A stretch of 52,572 bases of DNA from the NCBI GenBank assembly GCA_964488535.1, contig CAZAUT010000006.1, forward strand, positions 1 through 52,572, given 5' to 3'. Position 1 is the stretch's first letter, and each line of letters opens with the position of its first letter. The position numbers and the translations under genes were made by a program. The notes under the pieces are model-generated. The model was given only the letters and a program-made list of their open reading frames with translations. It ran no database searches and had not been told where the DNA came from. The stretch comes from an uncultured Gammaproteobacteria bacterium. GTDB lineage: Bacteria > Patescibacteriota > Microgenomatia > UBA8517. Below, in pieces: positions 8,792 to 18,100 of the stretch.

Positions 8792-8983
8792 TCATCCAAG
8801 CCTGTCGCCATCGTCAGGACTTTTTTTATCTTGAGTGTTACCGTCATCTGGTGCACATTTTATCGGTAAGGTTTGTACTTCTAATAAAGGTTTACTCGAT
8901 TTAACCTCAAAACTTTTTGGGTCGGGTGTAATCCAAGGTAAAGTAGCCTCAAACCTTTCTGTTCCATGTGTTCTTTTTCCCAT
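8792..8983 (-). CDS. Hypothetical small protein
   Basis: 63-aa ORF with AAGGAAGG upstream of the ATG. It has no recognisable motif. Confidence 0.4.
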   Translation of the reverse strand: MGKRTHGTERFEATLPWITPDPKSFEVKSSKPLLEVQTLPIKCAPDDGNTQDKKSPDDGDRLG

Positions 8984-9155
8984 AACTTCACCGCCTTCCT
9001 TTTATGAAAAAGTAATTTTGAAACAAAAACATTTTCAAAAGCTCTCAGAAAACAGTTGGGTCCCGACTGAAAACTTAAAAAATGTTTAGATGCTTAGGGA
9101 GATTAAGAGCTTAGGGAATTTTTGAACCTTAGAAAACTTTGGGAACTTAGGAAAA

Positions 9156-10070
9156 CTATATATTTTTAATCACCATAAGAGGAAATTTTACAACTGCATT
9201 ATAAATTCTGCCGATCTTTTGTGTACCGGTAAGAAGGCGCCAAAGCCATTCAAGACCCAACCGTTCAAAAAACCTGTTTGGCAAGTTTTGCTTCCCTGCA
9301 ATATAATCAAAAGTACCGCCGACAACCATTACGAGCTTGGTATTCAGATTTTTTAAATTGCGGTACACCCACTTTTCCTGTTTAGGAGCTCCAAAGGCAA
9401 CAAATAGAAGGTGGGGCTGGAATTTATTGATATTTTTGATTATTTCCTCTTCACTCTTATCCTCTTTCCTATTTTCCGGTACTCCATCATTATCAACAGC
9501 AATATCCCATTCATATCCAATCTGTACCGATGGATATTTTTTTTGCAATATAGCAACTGTTTTTTCCAAAACATCTTTTGTTGAACCCAAAAGAAAAACA
9601 CGGTACTTTTTCCTGTTTGCCAACTTCATCAGGTCAAGAAAAAATTCTCTTCCTTTGATTATTTTCAATCCGTCTGAGGCACAACCTTTTTTTAGAACGG
9701 AGAAAAGGGAGCGAATGAAATTTGGCAAATTAGTCAAATTGGACGAATTGGACAAATTTGACTTATTCTTAGCGCGAAGAAAAAACTCATATCCTGCCAA
9801 AAGTCCGACTCCGTCGCAAAGGGTAATATCCGAAATCTGCAATATTCTTTTTAAACGCATGTCTTTATGAGCCATTACAATCTGTTCGGGATTGGGCGTG
9901 GTAATAAAAAGAGGGATAATAGCCTCAAAAGAGGCTTTATGGGCCAAATATTGATTAATTTTCTTTAGCAATCTCTCTTTTGGTGTGCCAGTCAAACTGA
10001 CTCCCAAGATATTCCCGTATTTACGGAAGAATATATCGGTACTTTTTCTCTTTTGGGACATTTTACCCAT
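9156..10070 (-). CDS. WecG/TagA/CpsF-family glycosyltransferase
   Basis: The C-terminal motifs LLFVAFGAPKQEKW and VMVVGGTFDYIAGKQNLPNRFFERLGLEWLWRL support the family call. The start is set at the Met preceded by AAGAAGGAG (6-nt spacing). The gene contains a low-complexity insert, KNKSNLSNSSNLTNLPNF. Confidence 0.8.
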   Translation of the reverse strand: MGKMSQKRKSTDIFFRKYGNILGVSLTGTPKERLLKKINQYLAHKASFEAIIPLFITTPNPEQIVMAHKDMRLKRILQISDITLCDGVGLLAGYEFFLRAKNKSNLSNSSNLTNLPNFIRSLFSVLKKGCASDGLKIIKGREFFLDLMKLANRKKYRVFLLGSTKDVLEKTVAILQKKYPSVQIGYEWDIAVDNDGVPENRKEDKSEEEIIKNINKFQPHLLFVAFGAPKQEKWVYRNLKNLNTKLVMVVGGTFDYIAGKQNLPNRFFERLGLEWLWRLLTGTQKIGRIYNAVVKFPLMVIKNI

Positions 10071-10189
10071 ATTCCACTCCTTCTTATTGTACGCTATAAC
10101 AAATAAAGGGACAAGCAAACGTAGTTTCCGGTGGCATTCTTCCCACATATCAACACTCCGAAATTGTAATAAAATGAATATTTTGGTGC

Positions 10190-10255
10190 GTTACCGATTA
10201 AATTATAATAGTTATAGTTGTTATAATTATCATAATTGTTATAAGATAATCTGTA
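10190..10255. repeat. Intergenic word-stutter array
   Basis: The sequence is gattaaattataatagttatagttgttataattatcataattgttataag. Confidence 0.75.
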
Positions 10256-10380
10256 AAAACACCAAAGCAAAATAATCCCCAATATTGTACAAATAAATAA
10301 CTCATTAATTGAAGCTGTTAATCGGAAGTTATCCTCAATGTATAAAGAATAAAAATAATAAATATTATAAAAAATATAGG

Positions 10381-11397
10381 TTATCCTTTTGTCGTCACGC
10401 TTCTTTTCCAGAGGGCAATATTTTCCAAAACTACGCCGGTTCCCCGGACAACACACAAAAGAGGGTCCTCCGCGATATGGGCAGGAACCCCAGTCTCTTC
10501 AACTACCAATTTATCAAGATTTCGTAAAAGCGCCGTTCCCCCGCTTATGACAATACCTTTGTCAATAATATCTGCTGCAAGCTCCGGAGGGGTATCTTCC
10601 AAAACACCTTTTACAGCTCCAATTATGGATAAAAGCGTCGGCCGGATGGCATCGGCTACCTCGGTTGACGAAATAACAACACTTCTGGGAAGTCCAAACA
10701 CAAGGTCGCGGCCGGAAATCTCCAGTTTTTCCTCCTTGGCCATTTTTACCGCCGACCCGATCTTTATCTTGACATACTCCGCGGTCTGGTCACCGATTAT
10801 CAGATTGTGCTTCTTCTTAAGGTGTTCGGAAATCGCTTCGTCGATCTTATTCCCTGCCACACGAACGCTTTTATGGACAACAACTCCACCGAGAGAAATA
10901 ACGGCCGATTCGGCAGAACCACCTCCAATATCAAGAATCATGTTTCCGCTCGGGGCAGAAACAGGAATTCCGGCTCCTATCGCAGCAGCAAGCGGTTCAT
11001 CTATTAGGTAGGCATGTGCTGCACCTGCGGAAAGGGTCGCATCGAGAGCTGCCCTTCTTTCCACCTGAGTACAACCGGCGGGAACACATATCATTACATC
11101 CGGCTTCACCAGATATACCCTTCCCATGACATTACCTATAAAGTACCGGAGCATTGCTTCCGTCACTACGTAGTCAGCAATTACGCCTTCCCTCATTGGA
11201 CGCGAGGCTGTCAGAGCTTCCGGTGTCCGGCCAAGCATTTTTTTTGCGTCTGCTCCAACCGCAACAACCCGATTGTCGTCAACAGAAACGGCAACAACTG
11301 TCGGTTCATTTGCAACTATCCCCTGCCCGGCAACCCAAACAAGAGTATTGGCAGTACCCAAATCAATGGCAATCTTTTTTCTTAACATGGTAAGCAA
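10381..11397 (-). CDS. mreB: Rod-shape-determining actin homologue MreB
   Basis: 338 aa. Motifs IAIDLGTANTLV, GVIADY, DIGGGSAE and ISGGTALLRNLDKLV give an unambiguous MreB signature. Confidence 0.95.
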   Translation of the reverse strand: MLTMLRKKIAIDLGTANTLVWVAGQGIVANEPTVVAVSVDDNRVVAVGADAKKMLGRTPEALTASRPMREGVIADYVVTEAMLRYFIGNVMGRVYLVKPDVMICVPAGCTQVERRAALDATLSAGAAHAYLIDEPLAAAIGAGIPVSAPSGNMILDIGGGSAESAVISLGGVVVHKSVRVAGNKIDEAISEHLKKKHNLIIGDQTAEYVKIKIGSAVKMAKEEKLEISGRDLVFGLPRSVVISSTEVADAIRPTLLSIIGAVKGVLEDTPPELAADIIDKGIVISGGTALLRNLDKLVVEETGVPAHIAEDPLLCVVRGTGVVLENIALWKRSVTTKG

Positions 11398-11483
11398 AAA
11401 TATAAGAATCTCAAGGATCTAAAAAATACTTTAGTGACTTAAAACATTATAGTTTCCTCCCAACATCCCCACAAGAAGAGAAA

Positions 11484-11527
11484 GGTCAATGGTCAATGGT
11501 CTCGCCTGTCACTTGTCACTTACTTGC
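11484..11527. repeat. Intergenic word-stutter (ggtcaatggtcaatggtc / cctgtcacttgtcacttacttg)
   Basis: Short tandem words sit in the divergent mreB / PEGA-gene spacer. TATAAT follows, 8 nt before the PEGA-gene ATG. Confidence 0.7.
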
Positions 11528-11543
11528 GTTATAATACACCTAC

Positions 11544-12755
11544 ATGACAAAGTTACGAGTATTGATCTTTTTACTGACTCTTTTTATAGCGGGTATCGGA
11601 GGATATGCTGCCTTGATGTATGCAAGGGGGTACCGGTTTAACCCCAACGACGGTAAAATTACAACACACGGGCTTCTGGCGGTTAAGTCCGAACCGGCGG
11701 GCGCACAGATATTCATTGATAACAAACTGAACAGTGCTACGGATACAACAATTTCCCTTCCCCCGAAAACTTACGATATTGAAATTAAGAAAGAAGGTTA
11801 TAAAAGCTGGAGGAAAAACATCACCATAAAAAAGGAGGAAGTTACGGAAATTAATGCCAGTCTGTTTAAGTCGGCACCCTCCCTGTCCGCTTTGACATTC
11901 GAGGGCTGCGTCAATCCGGTGGCGTCGAACGACCAGTCCAAGATTGCTTACGCCGTTATTCCCAAAAATAAATCGGATTTTCCCCAAAAAGCAGGTTTGT
12001 GGGTGATCGAAAATATTAATCTGCCGATCGGATTTGCCCGCGAAGCTAAAAGAATTACCGATTCCGATTTGACAAATGCAAACTGGACATGGTCGCCGGA
12101 TGGGCGGGAGATAATGCTCTCAACGCCTCTGGCAGTTTATCTTTTAAACAGCGGTTCCTATGTCCCGCAAAACCAGAGGGTCAATATTGCAGGATCAAAG
12201 AATGACATTCTTCTTAAGTGGAAAAAAGAAGAGCAAAAGCGAATGGACTCAAAACTCAAGGTTCTGCCCCCCGAACTTTCGTCGATAATTAAAAACAAGG
12301 CTAAAGCGGTCCTTTTTTCTCCCAACGAAAATATGGTAATTTATACAGCGTCCGGCTCGGCAACCCTGCCGGAAAAACTTATAAGACAACTTCCGGGATC
12401 CTCAACACAAAAAGAGGAACGGAAAATCTCACAGGGAAATACTTATGTTTACGACATTAAAGAAGATAAGAACTTTCTTATAGACAGCGGATCGGAAAAT
12501 TTGATACTCGGAGGAGGTACCGACGGAAATGAAGCAAAAAGGATTTCATGGCTGCCCAATTCAAGAAATATAATGATCTCGGAAAGCGGGAAAATATCCA
12601 TAATTGATTACGATGGTACAAATAATCAGATAGTGTATAGCGGTACATTTATTAACCCTTATGTATTTACGACAGTCAGTGACGAACGGCTTTTGATTTT
12701 GACAAATCTTGGAGGTGAAGAGGCTGACAATCTTTACACCCTGACGATAAAATAG
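11544..12755 (+). CDS. PEGA-domain protein with a C-terminal beta-propeller-like region
   Basis: It has an N-terminal TM helix. The PEGA pattern is LAVKSEPAGAQIFIDNKLNSATDTTISLPPKTYDIEIKKEGYKSW. Confidence 0.75.
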   Translation: MTKLRVLIFLLTLFIAGIGGYAALMYARGYRFNPNDGKITTHGLLAVKSEPAGAQIFIDNKLNSATDTTISLPPKTYDIEIKKEGYKSWRKNITIKKEEVTEINASLFKSAPSLSALTFEGCVNPVASNDQSKIAYAVIPKNKSDFPQKAGLWVIENINLPIGFAREAKRITDSDLTNANWTWSPDGREIMLSTPLAVYLLNSGSYVPQNQRVNIAGSKNDILLKWKKEEQKRMDSKLKVLPPELSSIIKNKAKAVLFSPNENMVIYTASGSATLPEKLIRQLPGSSTQKEERKISQGNTYVYDIKEDKNFLIDSGSENLILGGGTDGNEAKRISWLPNSRNIMISESGKISIIDYDGTNNQIVYSGTFINPYVFTTVSDERLLILTNLGGEEADNLYTLTIK

Positions 12756-12806
12756 AGTAAAAGATTGGAAGAGCGGGAGAGTAGAAGAGTTAGTGTGGTA
12801 AAATTT

Positions 12807-12947
12807 GCGTGATATTGTTCCCGTAGTTTAATGGATACCCTCCTTCGTCCCTTTTAGCGGGACTTCGGAAGGGCAAGGAAAAAGGGGTTTCCTGTATGAA
12901 AATGCTCTATAGCTTGATGGATAGAGTAAACCCGTCCTGTCTGAATC
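12807..12947 (+). other. tRNA-derived fragments and a long hairpin upstream of tRNA-Arg
   Basis: A tRNA-like 5' end, GTTCCCG-TA-GTTTAATGGATA, is followed by a roughly 45-nt imperfect hairpin. Next comes GCTCTATAGCTTGATGGATAGAGTAAACCCGTCCTG, a degenerate copy of the 5' half of the adjacent tRNA-Arg. Confidence 0.45.
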
Positions 12948-13021
12948 GGCGCTGTAGCTCAACTGGATAGAGCAGTCCCGTCCTAAGGGAAAGGTTGGAG
13001 GTCCAACTCCTCCCAGCGTCA
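12948..13021 (+). tRNA. tRNA-Arg (anticodon CCT)
   Basis: Hand-folded structure: acceptor GGCGCTG/CAGCGTC, D arm GCTC-AACTGGATA-GAGC, anticodon arm GTCCC-GTCCTAA-GGGAA, T arm GGAGG-TCCAACT-CCTCC, discriminator A. Length is 74 nt and no CCA is encoded. Confidence 0.85.
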
Positions 13022-13054
13022 CAATAACGCGCAATTCACAAGAGCGAACATGAT

Positions 13055-13086
13055 TCACGACAGGGTGAGACGGAGGTTCAAGTCCT
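13055..13086 (+). other. Isolated tRNA 3' half (T arm + acceptor 3' strand)
   Basis: The sequence is GGAGG-TTCAAGT-CCTTC-TGGAAAC-A. The acceptor strand pairs 6/7 with GTTCCCG at 12807-12813, but no matching D or anticodon arm lies immediately upstream. Confidence 0.45.
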
Positions 13087-13264
13087 TCTGGAAACACAAA
13101 ACATTTTCATAAAAGTTCGCAAAGCAAACCCCATCTTTAAATGGTAGTTTCCGCCAAAAGCGGATCCATCGTAAATTTTGGCATAAGCCGTATACGGATA
13201 GTATTAAAAGGCGAATGCGAAAATCCGTTGGACGATTCTGCCCGGGAACACACCTTGCCCACTT

Positions 13265-13969
13265 TTAAAGGTCTGTCCTTGTGGGGTTATTTACAACGAC
13301 CACGACTTCCCCTTTTATTGCATTTTTTTGCAATTTTTGTATGACTTCAACAATCATTCCTCTGTAAAGTGTTTCGTGAATTTTCGTCAATTCGCGGGCG
13401 ACAAAAACCTGAGTTTGTTCCCCAAAAATTTGTTCTATTTGTTCAAGGTTTTTTATAGTACGATATGGTGAATCATAGTAAGCAAAAGCCATTTGTCCGT
13501 CTTTCAGCCACTCAAACAGTTTTGTCCTTTTTTTCTTCTGTAAAAAGCCGAGAAAAACGAATCTGTTTACGTCCAGTCCCGAAACTGAAAGAGCAGTTGT
13601 GATTGCGGAAGGGCCGGGGATGGGAACAATTTTAAGATCAGGAAGGAGAGATAAGCAGTAAGCAATAAGCTCGTTGCCGGGGTCGGAAACACCCGGAGTT
13701 CCTGCGTCGGTTACGAGAGCGAGATTTTTACCTTGCGCCAAAACTTGAAGTATTTCCTGCTTTTTGGAGTCTGTAGAATGCTGATGATACGACAATAATT
13801 TTGTATATGGTATATGGTATGTAGTATATAGGGAGTCTAATAGTTTTTTAGTTACTCGTGTGTCCTCAGCGAGAATGAAGTCAACTTCCTGCAAGGTTTT
13901 TATTGCGCGGAGGGTTATATCTTCAAGATTTCCAATCGGTGTGGCAACAATATATAAAGCGCCGGACAT
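13265..13969 (-). CDS. rsmI: 16S rRNA (cytidine1402-2'-O)-methyltransferase RsmI
   Basis: The N-terminus reads MSGALYIVATPIGNLEDITLRAIKTLQEVDFILAEDTRVTKKLL, and TDAGTPGVSDPG is also present. The start is trimmed by 30 codons because the upstream part translates stutter DNA (AFYILHTAFYILH). Confidence 0.9.
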   Translation of the reverse strand: MSGALYIVATPIGNLEDITLRAIKTLQEVDFILAEDTRVTKKLLDSLYTTYHIPYTKLLSYHQHSTDSKKQEILQVLAQGKNLALVTDAGTPGVSDPGNELIAYCLSLLPDLKIVPIPGPSAITTALSVSGLDVNRFVFLGFLQKKKRTKLFEWLKDGQMAFAYYDSPYRTIKNLEQIEQIFGEQTQVFVARELTKIHETLYRGMIVEVIQKLQKNAIKGEVVVVVNNPTRTDL

Positions 13970-14060
13970 AGGATAGGAATAGTATATAGCATGTAGAATG
14001 TAGAATGCAGTATGTAGAATGTAGAATGCAATATGGAGAGCAAGGCGATATGGCAACAAT
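13970..14060. repeat. Intergenic word-stutter array
   Basis: The sequence is atgtagaatgtagaatgcagtatgtagaatgtagaatgcaatatggagag. Confidence 0.85.
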
Positions 14061-14801
14061 TTATAAAGCTCTCATTTTCTTCACATCCTGAAGTGTTCCG
14101 ACATCAAGAGACTTTCCTTTCGCAATATACCCTCTGACTTTGATTCCTTTTTCCAATAAATATGGAATTATATTACTCGGAGCATCCGGGTTTCCGCCTT
14201 TTTTTAAAAATCCGGAAATTTCGGGAACAACCGCTTTTGGATAATAATAAAACGGAATTATTCCATATAAACTCGGTGGATTTTGAGGTTTTTCAACAAA
14301 TGAAACCACCTCGCCTTTCTTTATCGTCGGGCAACCAAGCCTTCCGCGTATTTCTTCAAGGGATTTCTTCTTTTCTGCAACTACAGCAAAACAACCAGGT
14401 TTTTCCCGGCAAAAGCGCAGAAAATCGTCAAGAGAAAATTCAAACAATGTATCGCTTGGTACCACCAAAACGTCTTTTTTTAATTTGAAACACCTGATTG
14501 CAATATCAAGATCTTTAATCGCACCGTTTCTATTTTCGGGTGTCAATATCCCGTTTGACAGAAGTCTAATCCTTTTTGATAACCCTTGTTGTTTCAGGAA
14601 AGCTTGGTATAAACCCTCAAATCTCCCGTTTGTAACAAGACAAATTTTTCCGCCCAATGGTTCCAGCTCGTTGATTACACGTCCAATAATGGTTTCTCCT
14701 TTTTGAATTTCAATCAAACCTTTTGGAGTACTTTCTCCAAATTCTCCCAATCTGGTACCGAAACCGGCAGCAAGAATTACCGAACCAAATTCAGCTGTCA
14801 T
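14061..14801 (-). CDS. Sugar-phosphate nucleotidyltransferase (NTP_transferase family)
   Basis: The N-terminal ILAAGFGTRLGEFGESTPKGL is the G-x-G-T-R-L motif of the family. Length is 246 aa. Confidence 0.8.
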   Translation of the reverse strand: MTAEFGSVILAAGFGTRLGEFGESTPKGLIEIQKGETIIGRVINELEPLGGKICLVTNGRFEGLYQAFLKQQGLSKRIRLLSNGILTPENRNGAIKDLDIAIRCFKLKKDVLVVPSDTLFEFSLDDFLRFCREKPGCFAVVAEKKKSLEEIRGRLGCPTIKKGEVVSFVEKPQNPPSLYGIIPFYYYPKAVVPEISGFLKKGGNPDAPSNIIPYLLEKGIKVRGYIAKGKSLDVGTLQDVKKMRAL

Positions 14802-14829
14802 ACTGTATAATTATACTCAATTCTGCCAA

Positions 14830-14890
14830 TATTTGTTATTTGAATTTTGAATTTGATTTGGAATTTGTTATTTGGAATTTGGAATTTTTT
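14830..14890. repeat. Intergenic word-stutter array
   Basis: The sequence is tttgttatttgaattttgaatttgatttggaatttgttatttggaatttggaatttttt. Confidence 0.85.
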
Positions 14891-14894
14891 ATAA

Positions 14895-14967
<73 letters not shown>

Positions 14968-15111
14968 CAAAAATTTCGTGATGTTTTCTTCAAAAACCGC
15001 AAAAACTTAAGTTATCGGCACATCGGAAAATTTAAAACCTCGCTTCACAATTTCTTAAAACATTTTCATTCTTTACTTAATACGCCGTATTTCTTATGAT
15101 GAATAATTGGG

Positions 15112-18100
15112 GTGTTTTTCTGCCCATTATCAATGAGTAATTATTCTAAACAAAAAGTTGTGTTTCCGATGATTTCAATGAAAACGGGAATCCTTTTTTT
15201 ACTGCAGCTTCTTATTGCCGGTTTTATCAGACAAACCAACATCACATCAAATATTAATGCGCAAGAAAGCGCAAAACGACTTCCTTCCTCCGTTTTTTCA
15301 TACGGCGGGGACTGCGGAAACTATAAAGGAGGATGTCCTTTAACCGCATTTACGGCGGATGTTGTAACGACACAATCCAAAACGGCAAACGATTTTTTCT
15401 TAAAAACCATTGACAACGGTTATAACGGTAAGATTGTTTTTGAATATGAAGGAGGAGACGACGGATACAATGCTTTCAATATCAGATATTGCAATCCAGA
15501 TAAAACAGGACTTGAAGATCCTGGGTGTAAAACCGACCACGCATACAACACTCAAAGACATCGTGTTAAAAGAGTTATCACTTACGACGGAATGGGAAAT
15601 TACTACGCAGCTGATCACAATTTTTTGGGTGATGGGGCAAATCAGGGGTTGGCATATGTTGAAGAATATGGAGAGGAAAGTGCTGAATGCGACCTTGAAA
15701 TTGATACCGAAAATCCGATAGGAGTATGCGGAGGTGACCCTCCCGGATGTGCTTCGCCGTGCAGTTGGAACACTTCAAATCTTGCCTGCTGCGATTCGGG
15801 GTACAAAGAATACGAATGCAATGGAGATCCGGGTGGCTGCAGCGATACATACGGCATCAGACTTTGTGTACCGGATTGTAAAAGGACTTATTTTTCCGGA
15901 TATGAATTTTTAGGCTACCCTGAAGTGGAAACATTAACTTACGAAAAAAATTCTACTGTAAACATTGCTTCAAAATCCTACGCCTATTACCATCAGGCGC
16001 TTGAAACAGACACATGTTTCAAACCAAGTCCGTTAAGCGGTGTTTCCGCACTGGGAAAAGTAATTGACGCCGATAACTCAACAAAATGGAATGAGTCAAA
16101 ACAAACCTTCAAAGTGCGTTTTGGAGATATGAACACACCAAACGAATGGGTGGAAAAAACAGACTCCGAACTTGATTCTTATTGTGAATCTTATATTCCC
16201 GGTGAAACAGTATCCCTTGTTATTCCGGTTGACACAATTTCTTCAAATATCATTAATTCTCAAAAAACTCTTTGTACCAAATCAACTCTGCAGTACAACC
16301 CAACCGACCCTTACGCTATGCCGAATAAATCAATCGCCTGGGGAAAGGTTGACTGTAACACTTACGAGGATATAAACGATTTAACCCCGATTGTTTCTTA
16401 TACCAACTATACCCCCGCAAATACACTAAACACATGGATACTTCCCCTTCCTTGCGAAAATTGGATGTCGGACCTTAATAATTTAACAAAATTCAACCAT
16501 ACGAAAACTTACTTTTTAGGAATGAACACGGCTTGTGATACAAACGCTTTCCCTATTTTAACCAAAATAATCAAAAACGAAACTTTAAAAGACAATCTTC
16601 CATATTCCGTAAGCACAATTTCATACGATACAACATATCCATGGCTTCCTGTTTCGATAACAGATGTTTTGGGAAACATAACATCGACTGTTTTTGATTC
16701 GGTTTATCATATTTATCCCGTTTCCGTCACTAATGCCAAGGGGCAGACGGTTACGACAGAATATGACTTTAATACACCCGATACCACCCATCCGAATTAC
16801 GCAGGTGTCAGAGGACTTCCTGTCAAAACGATAGGGTTAAATGGCGATACCACAACAAATGTTTACGACGATTTCGGAAGGATTAAAGAAACCTACTATA
16901 CGGGAAGATCCCCATCGACCCACACCCCAAACAAGTTTTTTGATTATTACTACTTTAACGAAGACGATTTTCCCGATTTCTGCGAAACACAACATAATTG
17001 CCTTATCGGGCTCGGAAAACAGATTGATCCTATCAACAACCTCGGACCGAAAATGATGATTTCGGAAGCAGTAAGGTTTAACGATAACGGAACAATAGGT
17101 ACTATAGGAGGAACCCATAAATACATAAACGGAATTGGACAAAGCGTTCAAACAAGAAATGTCTGGTATGATGGCGAGTGGTCCGACGCGGGATATTCAA
17201 TAGACGGAGGATTGTATGACATCATACGGTCTCAAACATTCAATTCTTTAGGTCAAACAGAATACCAAAGTGAAATTTATACCGCAAATCCATACCCTTT
17301 TGCCGGAGAAAGCCTGGAAAACTCATATGATGCAAGAGATTTTATTGCGGATTCCGGCATCAATAAGGTGCACAACGTATATGATGGATTCGGAAGGATA
17401 ATCCAAACCGAAAATCCGGATGGATCATCAGACAAAACGCTATACGAATTGAACGGTAATCCGCTTAAGGTAAAATACCTTGATCCGAATTGCACGGACG
17501 ACAATTCTGCCACCCCCTGTTCGGAAATAGTCACAACCTCGAACTCTTTCGGCCAAACGATCAAATCGGAAGCAATTTCCTCCGCAAAAACCTATTCCAC
17601 AAGATACGAATACCATGAAATTCTCGGGGTAAACACAAAAACTTTCGATACATTGGGGAATGCTGTAACAATCAACGAATATGATACCATCGGTCGAAAA
17701 ACAAAATCCTGGAATATTGACATGTGCCCGGCAATGTCCGGTGATGAAAATTCGTGGAGATATTTCTACGATAAAGCAGGCAATATTACAAAACAGACGG
17801 ATCCCAATAATATATCAACCATCCTTGAATACGACGTATTAAACAGGCTCTTGACCAAACATGTCAACGGGGAAAGAACGCTGTCGAACAGTTATGATAT
17901 ATGCACAAACGGTATCGGGAAACTTTGCAGTACGGCATCTTATACTCCCAATGGAACCATAAGTAAGCGGGAAAGTTATATTTACAATAAGCGCGGTCTG
18001 TTGGATTATAAATTGGATGGTCTTGAAGGTGTTGATTTTCCCGACACAATTCTAAACGGCCGGTATTTTCAAACGCAATTTACCTATGATGAGGCGGACC

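Noticed and set aside
12836-12858. Hairpin GTCCC-TTTTAGC-GGGAC that would present a TTA anticodon (ochre suppressor tRNA)
   Set aside because: No acceptable D arm, T arm or acceptor stem can be drawn around it. It is the tip of a longer imperfect hairpin. All large genes in the window end normally at TAA/TAG/TGA, so there is no sign of stop-codon reassignment.
12828-13097. 89-aa minus-strand ORF
   Set aside because: It spans the tRNA-Arg gene and the tRNA fragments, so it is an artefact of a stop-free stretch.
13970-14059. N-terminal extensions of tracked ORFs: RsmI +30 aa, 4497 ORF +49 aa, kinase +9 aa, 43339 ORF +43 aa, 41450 ORF +47 aa, 9156 ORF +26 aa, 46276 ORF +14 aa
   Set aside because: The extensions translate stutter repeats or promoter hexamers. 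Conserved family N-termini (for example MSGALYIVATPIGN) or promoter geometry indicate the downstream Met.
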